64,000 bases of DNA from Limnochordia bacterium (GTDB lineage Bacteria > Bacillota > Limnochordia > DTU080), in assembly GCA_050951545.1 (NCBI GenBank), contig JBMNJG010000007.1, forward strand, positions 384,001 to 448,000, in the 5' to 3' direction. Shown piece by piece: positions 28,598 to 38,147 of the stretch (position 1 is its first letter; the number at the start of each line of letters is the position of its first letter). The translations under genes were made by a program, and so were the position numbers. The notes beneath the pieces were generated by a model. That model saw only the letters and a program-made list of their open reading frames with translations. It did not search any database and was not told the origin of the DNA.

Positions 28598-29935
28598 ATG
28601 AGAGTGCGCCTGGAGTTGATGAACCAAGGCGGGACCGCTTATGCGGTGAGGGCACCCCGCGGGTTGGTGAAGGGACACCGCAAGGTAACGGTGCGTGTGG
28701 GGCAGCGCCAAGTGCAGGCCTACTGTTCCACAGGATCAGCGCAAGCTACACTGGGCTTAAATGCTGCCCTGCTCAGCAAGATGAACCTACGGCGAGGTAT
28801 GCGTCTGCACGCCCGCTTTGAGGCAGGGGTGCTGCACATTGGTCCGCTCGTGGGTATTCTGGTGCCAGGAACACGGGGCTTGCCGAACCCCATCGGAAAC
28901 ATGACCTTGGGTGTGCGCTACCTCATCGAACAAGGGCGCGCAGTGGGCGTATATCCATTTGCCTTTGCCTGTAGCGCTGTCGATTTCAAGCGCGGTGTGG
29001 TGCGCGGCTACACGCTCAGCCTAGGGGGAGACGAACCACGGTGGGTGCGTCGCCTTTTCCCCCTTCCTGACGTGGTGTACGATCACATCACCTACAGAAG
29101 ACGCGATCGCAGTGCAGACATCCGCAAACTGCGTGCCCGCTTTGCTGAAGCTCAGATTCCCCTCTTCAACCAAGGGTTCTTCGACAAATGGGAAGTGCAT
29201 AACCGTCTGCTGAACTCACCAGAGATGCTGCCCCATCTGCCCGAGACTCAGCTACTGGGCCCGGAGACCCTAGAGCAGATGACGGCCAGCTACCGTAGGC
29301 TCTTCATCAAACCGGCGCAAGGCAGTCTCGGGCGTAGCATCTATATACTAACCGCTTCCCCCACTGGGAAATTCGAGTTTCGTCGGGGCAGGGGTCGGGT
29401 GAGGCGTGAGATGCTTTCCGATCTGACTCAGGTCGAAGCTAAACTATCGCGGCTCAGCAACGATTACTACATTGTGCAGCAGGGGCTCGATCTTTGCCGA
29501 GCGCATGGGCGCACAGTGGATCTGCGGGTTATTATGCAGCGCAATGGACGAGGGCGCTGGGCCATGTCCAAGATCTTCGCTCGAGTGGCCCGGCGCGGAC
29601 GGCTCGTAGCGAATATCTCGGCAGGCGGCAAGGGGCTATCAGCGAGCCAGACCTTGCGTCGTTGCTTTTCTGCTGGCAAGGTGAGGTCCCTGATTGGTGA
29701 GATCCGGCGCGTGGCTCGCTTGGTCTGCACTGTCATGGCTGAAAACACCGACGGACACCTCGGTGAGCTAGGTGTGGATGTCGGTGTGGACAGACGGGGA
29801 CGTGTGTGGGTGATTGAGGTGAACAGCAAGCCGCACCGCAAGCCGTATGACACACTTGAGGGGCGGCCGACTGCCAAACGGTCTTTTCGCCGTCCGATGC
29901 AGTATGCGGCCTACTTGGCGGGATTTCGTATATAG
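28598..29935 (+). CDS. YheC/YheD family ATP-grasp protein
   Basis: GPLVGIL, PLPDVVYD, FDKWEVH, FIKPAQGSLG, GELGVDVG, IEVNSKP. Confidence 0.88.
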   Translation: MRVRLELMNQGGTAYAVRAPRGLVKGHRKVTVRVGQRQVQAYCSTGSAQATLGLNAALLSKMNLRRGMRLHARFEAGVLHIGPLVGILVPGTRGLPNPIGNMTLGVRYLIEQGRAVGVYPFAFACSAVDFKRGVVRGYTLSLGGDEPRWVRRLFPLPDVVYDHITYRRRDRSADIRKLRARFAEAQIPLFNQGFFDKWEVHNRLLNSPEMLPHLPETQLLGPETLEQMTASYRRLFIKPAQGSLGRSIYILTASPTGKFEFRRGRGRVRREMLSDLTQVEAKLSRLSNDYYIVQQGLDLCRAHGRTVDLRVIMQRNGRGRWAMSKIFARVARRGRLVANISAGGKGLSASQTLRRCFSAGKVRSLIGEIRRVARLVCTVMAENTDGHLGELGVDVGVDRRGRVWVIEVNSKPHRKPYDTLEGRPTAKRSFRRPMQYAAYLAGFRI

Positions 29936-29962
29936 CTAGCTCGGCGTGATACGGGAGGTTGG

Positions 29963-31141
29963 TTGAGCATGACCATGGGTAGTTCCTCAGACGGACGCTT
30001 TGTACTGGGTATACTGGCCACGCGCGGTACTAACCGGCCTGCGAGCTCCAGGGATCCTTTTCCAGGGCGTACGAGGACATTTCAGGAGATGACCAGGCTG
30101 GCTCGAAAACAGGACGTGGACGTGGCGGTTTTTTCCCCCAAACGTATCGACAAGAGGCATTCGCGGGTGCTTGCCTGGGTTTTTGTGCCTCGGCGGGGTT
30201 GGGTACAGCGCTACTATCCTCTGCCCAGTGTGATCTACAACAGGGTAGCCAACCGACGAGCTGAGGCGCGCCCCAGCGTTCAAGGAATGCTGGCCTGGCT
30301 CAAGACAAAAGGGGTGGTGGTCTTTAACCCCCGCTTTCTCGATAAGTGGGATGTCTATGCCGCGCTGCAGGCTGATCAGATCCTACGTCCGAGCGTTCCA
30401 GAGACGGTGCTCTACACCAATCCGGGCCAAGTGCTAGATGGGCTACGCAGGTGGGCAGTAGTCTACTGTAAGCCCCGACGGGGCAGTTTGGGAACTGGGA
30501 TCGCAGCTCTGTGGCTTTCGAGGGATGGTCGGGTGGCCGTGCGGCGCAATGGTGTAGGCGTGGGTACTGTGATGCTTCGGCTTCCGAGCACGCAGGCTGC
30601 GTGTCGCTGGGCCGATCAGCGTCTGCGCCCCTATCGCTACTGCCTGCAGAAGGGCGTCAAGCTAGCCACCACCCAGGGGCGACGCTTCGATATCCGCGCA
30701 CTGGTGCAGAAAGATGGGCAGGGCACTTGGCGCTTCACGGGTGCTGCGGCCCGCGTAGCAGGTAGGGGACAACTCACTACTCATGTGCCGCGCGGCGGTA
30801 GCCGCCTGGCGCTACGATCGGCGCTCGGACGCGCTCTGCGGAACCCACTGGAAGTGGAACGGGTGGAACAAGAGCTCGCAGAGCTGTCGGAGGCTGCGGC
30901 AGTGAGTCTGGAAAAAGACCAGGGCGAGGTGTTCGGTGAATTCTCACTGGACGTTGGACTAGACAAGGAAGGGAAGTTATGGATTCTTGAGGTGAACGCC
31001 AAGCCGTTTCGTTTTGACGAAGCAGAGATACGCCATCGCGCCTTTGAGCGCCTGATTGCTTTCGCTCGTTACCTGGGTCAAGAGGCAAGCACGTCACTGG
31101 AAGACGCAGATCAGGTTCCGGTTGCTAGCCCTTGCAGGTAG
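29963..31141 (+). CDS. YheC/YheD family ATP-grasp protein
   Basis: PLPSVIYNR, FLDKWDVY, KPRRGSLG, FDIRALVQK, TTHVPRGG, LEVNAKP. Confidence 0.88.
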   Translation: MSMTMGSSSDGRFVLGILATRGTNRPASSRDPFPGRTRTFQEMTRLARKQDVDVAVFSPKRIDKRHSRVLAWVFVPRRGWVQRYYPLPSVIYNRVANRRAEARPSVQGMLAWLKTKGVVVFNPRFLDKWDVYAALQADQILRPSVPETVLYTNPGQVLDGLRRWAVVYCKPRRGSLGTGIAALWLSRDGRVAVRRNGVGVGTVMLRLPSTQAACRWADQRLRPYRYCLQKGVKLATTQGRRFDIRALVQKDGQGTWRFTGAAARVAGRGQLTTHVPRGGSRLALRSALGRALRNPLEVERVEQELAELSEAAAVSLEKDQGEVFGEFSLDVGLDKEGKLWILEVNAKPFRFDEAEIRHRAFERLIAFARYLGQEASTSLEDADQVPVASPCR

Positions 31142-31151
31142 AGCATTCGCC

Positions 31152-31532
31152 TTACAGTATGTTACTGAGTCTGAACGCTTCTTTCCGCGGTACATGCGTG
31201 AACAGGTGGTGGGCCGCCCGCGCTTCGGCCAAGAGTGCAGCAGGCTCCTCTGCTTCAGCGTATCCGCGTAGTCGACTCAAGACATCATTGATGTCGTCAA
31301 TCTCAGGGTGCTCGGTGAGCAGATTCCAGCGTCGCTCAATTCTCTGCCAGCGCTTCCACAGGGTCTCCGCATGCTGGCGTACACTGGGCCAGTCCTCGTG
31401 TTGGACGGCGGTGGTGACCGCCTGTACGTCGGCCTCCAACTGCTCGCCTGCGCGGATGAGATCATGCTGTGCCCAAAGAGCCACGCCTATGAATAGTAGA
31501 ACAAGTAGTCCCAGTACTCCTACCGTGCGCAT
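31152..31532 (-). CDS. DUF4363 family protein
   Basis: N-terminal TM; EDW...W...EHPEIDDI...L.NIL C-terminus; coupled to DUF421 gene. Confidence 0.75.
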   Translation of the reverse strand: MRTVGVLGLLVLLFIGVALWAQHDLIRAGEQLEADVQAVTTAVQHEDWPSVRQHAETLWKRWQRIERRWNLLTEHPEIDDINDVLSRLRGYAEAEEPAALLAEARAAHHLFTHVPRKEAFRLSNIL

Positions 31533-32230
31533 GCGATGGATCCCTCCGCAGGTCTGGCCATTTGCTTAACCTGGTAGTAGAGATTGCCCGCTGTGTCCAG
31601 ACTGGCAAACAGCACATCTTTGTGGCTGGCGATGCCGAATCTCTGTAGCTCTTGCTGGAGCCAAGCAGCATCTAGATGGGCACGGCGGAGTGCTTCTTGA
31701 TCGACCCGTCCATCCACGACAAGCGTAAGTGGCAGGCCTTCATAACTAGTAGATATCTGCATATCTTGTGGCGTAAGGGCTCTGCGTTGCGATTTCGGGA
31801 GAACGCTCAGTTTGCCATTTGTCTCGAGTAGGGCAAATTCTACGTCGGCAATGTTGGGGTAGCCTTTGCCGCGCAGCTGCTCCAGCAAGTCGTTAATGTT
31901 GTAGCGTAGGGAGCGCATCGTGGTCTCTTGAATGACACCATTCTCGATCACGACAGAGGGATGTCCACACACAAGACGACGAACACCCTGGCTGTGCAGG
32001 GCTATATAGGAGACCAACACATGGGCGACCAAGAGAGTGAAGATGGTCACGATGCTGTTAAGTAGCGGCGTCTCTTTGTCACTCATCGAGATGGCCGCCA
32101 TATCTGCCAGGAGGATCGCCACCACGAACTCGAAGGGCTGAAGCTCGCCCACCTGTCGCTTCCCCATCACACGAGTGACAATGACCAGCACAGCGTATAA
32201 GATCAGGGTGCGCACGGCGATAATCAGCAA
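31520..32230 (-). CDS. DUF421 (YetF) domain membrane protein
   Basis: MGKRQVGELQPFEF, LLEQLR, ALLETNGKLSVL. Confidence 0.9.
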   Translation of the reverse strand: MLIIAVRTLILYAVLVIVTRVMGKRQVGELQPFEFVVAILLADMAAISMSDKETPLLNSIVTIFTLLVAHVLVSYIALHSQGVRRLVCGHPSVVIENGVIQETTMRSLRYNINDLLEQLRGKGYPNIADVEFALLETNGKLSVLPKSQRRALTPQDMQISTSYEGLPLTLVVDGRVDQEALRRAHLDAAWLQQELQRFGIASHKDVLFASLDTAGNLYYQVKQMARPAEGSIACAR

Positions 32231-32314
32231 GGCATTCGCTCCTTGTCGTCACGAGGTGGTTGGCATGGTCGCTACTAATCAGTGTTCCACCAACGGAGCT
32301 CTTCATTCCCGTCC

Positions 32315-32470
32315 TTAGCGCCGCCTGCTCATCGGCATTTTGACATACCAGCGGCCTCCTTGCTTGTATGCCTTGAGCTGGCCCCTGCGAATGCAGCGGC
32401 GGGCACCTTCATGTGTCAGCCCGAAGCGTTCAGCCGCATCAGCGAGCTCACACCTGTAGAGAGTGTTCAC
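32315..32470 (-). CDS. Small excisionase-like helix-turn-helix (HTH_17) protein
   Basis: RBS GGAGG + GTG; DAAERFGL...ARRCIRRGQLKAYKQGGRWYV. Confidence 0.65.
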   Translation of the reverse strand: MNTLYRCELADAAERFGLTHEGARRCIRRGQLKAYKQGGRWYVKMPMSRRR

Positions 32471-32674
32471 CCTCAGCCTCCATGGCCGGGGGAATCTGAG
32501 GCGTTTCCTCACGCGCTCCACCCTTCCCGCTCCGCTCCACCATTCTATGCGTAGAGGGCAGGGTTGGGGCCCTAGCATGCGTGGGGTAACAGGAGTTGAG
32601 GGTCCTGACAGTTAAGTAAGTAAAGCCGGGGCGACAAAGCCCGCAAATTCGCGCAAGCAAGCAGGTGAAGACCC

Positions 32675-34261
32675 ATGGGTGTAGGTGTCACACGACTTCG
32701 CAGAATGACACCACTGGTGGAGGGTTTTTTTCTGCCAATTACTGGCGCACTGGCCTCTGCTGGCGTGGCAGCTGTAGCTTTGCGTCTCATGGCCCTAGCC
32801 ACCGGGCTTGAGACGGGGTGGCTGGCTTATGTAGCTTTGTTCGTAGCGGGGGCTATCGGAGCTGGGGCTGGCGCACTGCGCGACCTACTGGAGCTCCCCA
32901 GGACTCTGCGGCTGTTGGATCTGCTGATGGCAGTGCTTGTTGGAGCTGTACTGCTGTATCTGGGCCCTCGCACATCAGGTACGCTTCACATCGGAGGTGG
33001 CTCACAGTCGGTATCGCTAATAGGCGCGGGCCTGATCGGTGTCGTATTGGCCTGGTCTTTCGGCTCGTCGCTAGCGTGGGTAGTGGCCAGAGTGTATCCT
33101 TACCATCTGGCGCAGCCTCATAGCGAGGTTCTGGCTGAACGCTTGCTTGAACAGGCTAAATTGCAGGAGGCGTATGTGTTTCGACGTTCTATGTCGGCCA
33201 ACATAGAGGCATGGCGCAGTGCTGTCCAAGTCACGCTGACGCTTATCTTGCTATATCTGGTGATGACTCTGCTATGGACACCTCTGCAGCAGGAGCGCGG
33301 AGATATCCTGCTGGCTGTGTGGACTAGCGTGGCTTTTGGGGGAGTTCTCGCTTTCCTGGGGTTGGTGCACCTAGCCGGAAACCGTCGTTTGGAGGAGCGC
33401 TCGGGCAACGTGGTGGTGCTCCCTGGCTATAGTCGGGCCTGGGCTGGTGCTGTCTACGTGCCCTTGCTGGTTATCGCCGTGTTGGGCATCGCCTTGCCCA
33501 GTGATATCAGCCCTCTTGCCCATGTGGATTGGAATGCGGTGATGACCAGCTTTACGCAATGGTTGGTGGGGTGGGCATTCACTGGCCCAGCGAAGAAAGC
33601 TATGTACCAGGGGGTTTCTGCAGGTCACCAAGCGGGAGAACTGACGCATCATGCGCCAGCGGTATATGGGGGCACTGGCGGCAGCGGGCCATTCGGTGTC
33701 TTGGTGGTGATCGGGATACCCCTGGCACTGTATATCATCTGGTATGGTATCCGGAGGCTCGTCCGAATGCGTGACTACTCTGTAGAACAGGAGCGTGAGC
33801 GAGGCAGGGGGCTCCTGGCCATCCTCTGGGCGATTATCACCTGGCCGTGGCAAGCGTTGGTTCGCTGGTGGCGAAGCGCCCGTCCTAGCCAGGGTGCTGT
33901 CCGCGTACAGAAGGATAGGAGTGATAGCCCGCGAGCGCGTCGTCAGCGTCGGCGTGGGGCTCGAGTACATCCAGAAGACCCGGCGCTGTTCGTGCGTTAC
34001 ATCTATGGACGCGCCTTGCTCTCTGCTGCGAGGGCTGGTTTCCAGCGGCCAAAGCACCAGACGGCCCTGGAGTATGCCAGGAGTCTTGCCGAACGTGTTC
34101 CAGATACGGCAGAGCCTATGCAAGAGCTTACCCAGAGTTACTGCCATGTGCGTTATACGGACCAAGAGCCGGAGAAAGGAATTGGGGCACGCTCGGTAAG
34201 GCTTCTGCGTGCTGCCACGCGCGGATTGCGCTCTGCACGCCGAGCGAGGGTGGAGGACTAA
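32675..34261 (+). CDS. Polytopic membrane protein with C-terminal DUF4129 domain (start uncertain)
   Basis: Many TM segments; VRYIY...GFQRPKHQTALEYA...LTQSYCHVRY. Confidence 0.7.
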   Translation: MGVGVTRLRRMTPLVEGFFLPITGALASAGVAAVALRLMALATGLETGWLAYVALFVAGAIGAGAGALRDLLELPRTLRLLDLLMAVLVGAVLLYLGPRTSGTLHIGGGSQSVSLIGAGLIGVVLAWSFGSSLAWVVARVYPYHLAQPHSEVLAERLLEQAKLQEAYVFRRSMSANIEAWRSAVQVTLTLILLYLVMTLLWTPLQQERGDILLAVWTSVAFGGVLAFLGLVHLAGNRRLEERSGNVVVLPGYSRAWAGAVYVPLLVIAVLGIALPSDISPLAHVDWNAVMTSFTQWLVGWAFTGPAKKAMYQGVSAGHQAGELTHHAPAVYGGTGGSGPFGVLVVIGIPLALYIIWYGIRRLVRMRDYSVEQERERGRGLLAILWAIITWPWQALVRWWRSARPSQGAVRVQKDRSDSPRARRQRRRGARVHPEDPALFVRYIYGRALLSAARAGFQRPKHQTALEYARSLAERVPDTAEPMQELTQSYCHVRYTDQEPEKGIGARSVRLLRAATRGLRSARRARVED

Positions 34262-34959
34262 TGGGGAAACGGGTGGTGAAGGGTGTGGTGGACCTGGTGG
34301 AGCAAATGCGAGGCGGTCTGATTGTGTCGTGTCAGGCCAGAGGTGATAACCCCCTTCAGGGGGCGATCTACATGACGGCAATGGCTCGCGCTGCGGCTAT
34401 GGGCGGGGCGGCCGCTATTCGGGCGGAAGGTCCTGATGATGTTCGGGCGATCGTGGGTGCAGTCACGGTTCCTGTGATTGGCCTGTACAAGGTCGATTAC
34501 CCAGATTCGCCAGTGTATATTACGCCTACATTGCGTGAGCTCGAGGCTGTGTTGGCGGCGGGGGCCCCTATCGTGGCAGTGGATGCCACAGCCCGTCAGC
34601 GGCCGGGCGAGAGCTTGCCAGAATTGGTGGCACGCATCCACGACGCAGGGCGGGTGGCGATGGCTGACATATCGACTTTGGAGGAAGCCTTGCAGGCGGA
34701 GGCGATGGGCTTCGATCTCGTAGCGACCACGCTATCGGGATACACGCCATATAGCCCACAGCTATCGGGTCCGGATCTGCGCTTAGTTGAACAGTGTGCT
34801 GCCCGGTGTCGTTGCCCAGTTATCGCTGAGGGGCGGATCGGGGACCCAGCTACCGCGGCGAGGGCCTTGGCGGCAGGGGCCTTTGCTGTGACTGTGGGAA
34901 CGGCCATCACTGATCCTGCCCGCATCACAGCCAATTTCGTCGCAGCGATGCAGTGGTAG
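34261..34959 (+). CDS. nanE: N-acetylmannosamine-6-phosphate 2-epimerase
   Basis: GLIVSCQA, PVIGLYK, YITPT, MADIST, TTLSGYT, IAEGRI, VGTAIT. Confidence 0.92.
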   Translation: MGKRVVKGVVDLVEQMRGGLIVSCQARGDNPLQGAIYMTAMARAAAMGGAAAIRAEGPDDVRAIVGAVTVPVIGLYKVDYPDSPVYITPTLRELEAVLAAGAPIVAVDATARQRPGESLPELVARIHDAGRVAMADISTLEEALQAEAMGFDLVATTLSGYTPYSPQLSGPDLRLVEQCAARCRCPVIAEGRIGDPATAARALAAGAFAVTVGTAITDPARITANFVAAMQW

Positions 34960-34967
34960 GCGATCAT

Positions 34968-36059
34968 TCAGCGCGGGTTGGCCAGAATGCGGGTGAGCAA
35001 GTCTGGTCGTAGGCTCTCTACCCCAGCGAAATCCATGTGGGGGGCGTAGATCGCTTCTAGCTCGTCATGCAGGCGCTTAGCCGTGGCCAGAGCGGCGATC
35101 GCTCGCTCTAGAATATGCGAGAAGAGCTGTTGGTTCTGCCCCAGTAGCTCCGCGTGGGCCTTGACTGTCGCTGGATGTCGACAAAGATCCATGTTGATCA
35201 CTGTGGCCTGTCTTGCTTCATAGAGATGCGGAGCAGTAGAGGTGATCACGGCGCAGCCAAGCGCAGGAATCAGAGCATGCTCGTATCGCTGGGGGTCTAG
35301 GCCACAATGGTACGCCTCGACCAGATAACCACGTTCCAGCGCGGCGTCGATCACCTTTTTGAGCAGGGTAGATTTGCCCGTGCCGGGCGAACCCGAGACC
35401 AGGATCTTGTGCGGCACTGCGTCCATCAGGCTGGGCAGGTGGTTATGGAATCCGGTAGGGGTAATGGCACTAGCGAAAAGGTGACGTATGCGCCCCACAT
35501 CGGCGGAGATGGGGCGGTGGCCGAAAAGACTGGCGATCGCCGAGGCCGCGTTCTCGTTAGCCCGGCCGTGGTTGAACTTCTCTTGGCTGATGTCGGCGGC
35601 GATCTCGTAGACATTTCTCGCAGCTGCCAGCAGGCGGTAGGCGCGCCAGAATGCTCGTGACGCGCCCGCTCTGGCGGCGAGGATCCGGTCCTTGTGTGGG
35701 CGGATACCGGCCTCATCACAGAACGGACCCAGGTTTACGATCTCGTCTACCACTCCTGGATGCACCGGGTCGATCAGATGTGGTGCGGTGCCATCAATAA
35801 GCGACACCTCCAGCTGTGGCATACGAATGGCGTCTAGGGAGGGAGCGTCGGAGGAACAGTGAAAGTACTCGACGTTGAACCCGCGACTTTGCATCTCTTG
35901 GCTTAGCCATTTCATAATAGTGGATTTCCCAGAGCCGGGTCCCCCCTTGATGATCATGATCCGCGTCGCGTCAATGGGGGCAATGTGGTGGAAAAAAGAG
36001 TGGAAGCCATTCGCAGTGTTGCCCCCAGCGAAGAGGTGCCTTTCGTTGCCTACGCTCAC
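34968..36059 (-). CDS. P-loop ATPase, PRK06851-like
   Basis: FAGGNTANGF, IKGGPGSGKST, HCSSD, DGTAPH; second Walker A GSPGTGKST. Confidence 0.8.
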   Translation of the reverse strand: MSVGNERHLFAGGNTANGFHSFFHHIAPIDATRIMIIKGGPGSGKSTIMKWLSQEMQSRGFNVEYFHCSSDAPSLDAIRMPQLEVSLIDGTAPHLIDPVHPGVVDEIVNLGPFCDEAGIRPHKDRILAARAGASRAFWRAYRLLAAARNVYEIAADISQEKFNHGRANENAASAIASLFGHRPISADVGRIRHLFASAITPTGFHNHLPSLMDAVPHKILVSGSPGTGKSTLLKKVIDAALERGYLVEAYHCGLDPQRYEHALIPALGCAVITSTAPHLYEARQATVINMDLCRHPATVKAHAELLGQNQQLFSHILERAIAALATAKRLHDELEAIYAPHMDFAGVESLRPDLLTRILANPR

Positions 36060-36138
36060 AGGTTCTGCCTCCCGAGATGACGTTCATATCCAGCTTATAT
36101 GCTCTGCATTGTCAGTTTGTGCTGTATTGGTTTGGCTT

Positions 36139-36504
36139 TCATGACAGTGTCAGCCGGATCCAGGCCCAGACGAAATCGCGTCGCAAACGCCAGCCGCGCT
36201 CTGGGAGTCCAGCCACCACTTCAAGGGTGAACTTGTGGTAAAGGGTTTGGCACAGATTCACATCTCCCCACGTGGCGTCGAAAAGAATAGTCAGGGCAAG
36301 TCGGGCGGCGCCGGTCTCTGTCTGCCACTGGTCACGTATGGAGTCAGGCCGTGTCAGTTTGCGCAAGGGGTAGAGGGCACCCGACTCCTCGAGGTAGACC
36401 CGTGGTGTGCCGCCTTCATACCGCCCGACGTAGATGCGCTCCGAATCAACTAGGTACTCATCTGCCCGTTGCCAGCTTGGATATGCTTCAGGTTCGTAGG
36501 TCAT
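36139..36504 (-). CDS. Hypothetical protein (DUF6166-like C-terminus)
   Basis: RBS GAGGTG; GAARLALTIL...LYHKFTLEVVAGLP...W pattern. Confidence 0.55.
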   Translation of the reverse strand: MTYEPEAYPSWQRADEYLVDSERIYVGRYEGGTPRVYLEESGALYPLRKLTRPDSIRDQWQTETGAARLALTILFDATWGDVNLCQTLYHKFTLEVVAGLPERGWRLRRDFVWAWIRLTLS

Positions 36505-36725
36505 AGCGCGTGCACCTCGCTGCCCAGTGTTTTTTCACGGGCCTACTTTCAGCATTTGGGCCAATGCTTCCTACGAGTTATACAGCCTTCGTTATTTGAC
36601 CACGACCTTCGATACATTCTTCTGAAGGGGGGAGGTTTGGAGAATAGTTTATCATAGGGACCATGTCGGGTGACAGGGTGCGCAAGGAGGCGGATCATGC
36701 GAAGCGGAGCAGGGTGAGATGAGGG

Positions 36726-36756
36726 CCGCAGGGGGCGCCTTGGGCGCCCCCTGCGG
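36726..36756. terminator. GC-rich hairpin, probable terminator
   Basis: CCGCAGGGGGCGCC-TTG-GGCGCCCCCTGCGG just after the 36763 stop; no clear U-tract. Confidence 0.5.
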
Positions 36757-36762
36757 TGGGGG

Positions 36763-37941
36763 TTAGAAGGAGATAGCGAGCTCGATGCTGCGCAGGCCTG
36801 AAGGGATGTTCACCACGCCAGTAAAGTCCTGACCTGATGGCCCGGCAACTCGTACTTCATGCGAACCCGGGGTTAGGTAGTGCTTGAGTTTGGTTCTGCC
36901 TACATACGAGCCGTCAATATAGACTTGCCGCTCTGAAGGCCTAGATGTGATCTCCACAAGGACTTTCTGCTCTTTGACCACAATCCTCACCGTAGCTGAC
37001 GCTGTGGTACCGCGGTTGTCTTCAACCGTGAGGCGCGCAGTGTAGGTTCCTGGTCTGTTATACGTCCAGCGTGCTGATTCACCCGAAGCATCAGTACGAC
37101 CGTCGTCATCGAAGTCCCAGCGATACGAACGGATTGTGCCAGTAGGAGCGTAGGAACCTCTAGCCGAGAACGATATCGATGTGCCAAGTTCTACTTCTGT
37201 AGCACTGGCCTGGATGCGAGCCACAGGGGGCTGGAGACGCGGTATGAGCCACGAGTCTCGGCCAGCTTCCACATCATAGGCGCTCCAGGCGAAGGCTGAC
37301 CATGATCTCGTGTCGCGTACCCAATCCTGGAACTGCTTGAGCGTGGATGCGGCAGAACCCATTAGTGGGAAATCTCCGCCGCTACTGACAAGGCGCTCAA
37401 GGAATGAGATCCGCTGATTGGAGGCAATCAACAGAAGGTATTCGCGCCCAACAGGTCCTTCTACTCTAAACGTGTACCTGCCGCGGGGCAAGTTGTGAGT
37501 ACCGGCCTGGCTCATATAGGACTCGCGGTCCCAATTGTTTGGGAAAACCAGACGAATGTTGCCTCGCGTATCCACGTTGAGGATGTATGCATAGGCTGCA
37601 CGCGACAGGCGAAAAGAGATGCGGACATCACTGCCTATAGTGTAGGCTCTGCCGTCCGTCCATACGCTTACTGACTCAGGCGTAGGTGTGATTCCCTGAA
37701 CCACCATGCGTCGCGTGCTCGCATCGCCAGTGGAGGGGGCTGCCCCTTGCTGTTCGCCGAAGAGCTCTTGCATCTGTTTTACGAAATCGCTATCAGGTGC
37801 GCCTTGTGGCGCAGCTGTTTCGCTTTCCCATGGGGGAACCTCCGACTGGGCCATTGCTACGCTACCCAGGGTTAGCAGAATAAGCATCGCGAGCGTCAAG
37901 CTACCCGCAAACGTTCGCCGCGCTCTATTCATCAAAACCAT
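36763..37941 (-). CDS. Secreted DUF4384 + PKD + PEGA domain protein
   Basis: Signal peptide; YTIGSDVRI...AYAYILNVD..G..RLVFPN; SYRWDFDDDG...PGTYTARLTVED; ITSRP...VYIDGSYVG. Confidence 0.8.
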   Translation of the reverse strand: MVLMNRARRTFAGSLTLAMLILLTLGSVAMAQSEVPPWESETAAPQGAPDSDFVKQMQELFGEQQGAAPSTGDASTRRMVVQGITPTPESVSVWTDGRAYTIGSDVRISFRLSRAAYAYILNVDTRGNIRLVFPNNWDRESYMSQAGTHNLPRGRYTFRVEGPVGREYLLLIASNQRISFLERLVSSGGDFPLMGSAASTLKQFQDWVRDTRSWSAFAWSAYDVEAGRDSWLIPRLQPPVARIQASATEVELGTSISFSARGSYAPTGTIRSYRWDFDDDGRTDASGESARWTYNRPGTYTARLTVEDNRGTTASATVRIVVKEQKVLVEITSRPSERQVYIDGSYVGRTKLKHYLTPGSHEVRVAGPSGQDFTGVVNIPSGLRSIELAISF

Positions 37942-38147
37942 CTCCTCCGGACATCGAGTTTTGCCGTGTAGCCATGCCGTCGACGCGCCACGTGGGCTTC
38001 CTTGTCTTGGTGGACATCGGCATACACTGTAATGAGAGCTGCTGTGTCTCTCCCTGTTACGCTAACGTATGCCGAAAGCACTGAGAGGCCACCTTCAGGT
38101 AATGAAGATAGCCTCTCATCGTTAGTGTGCATTGTGGTGCTCGATCA

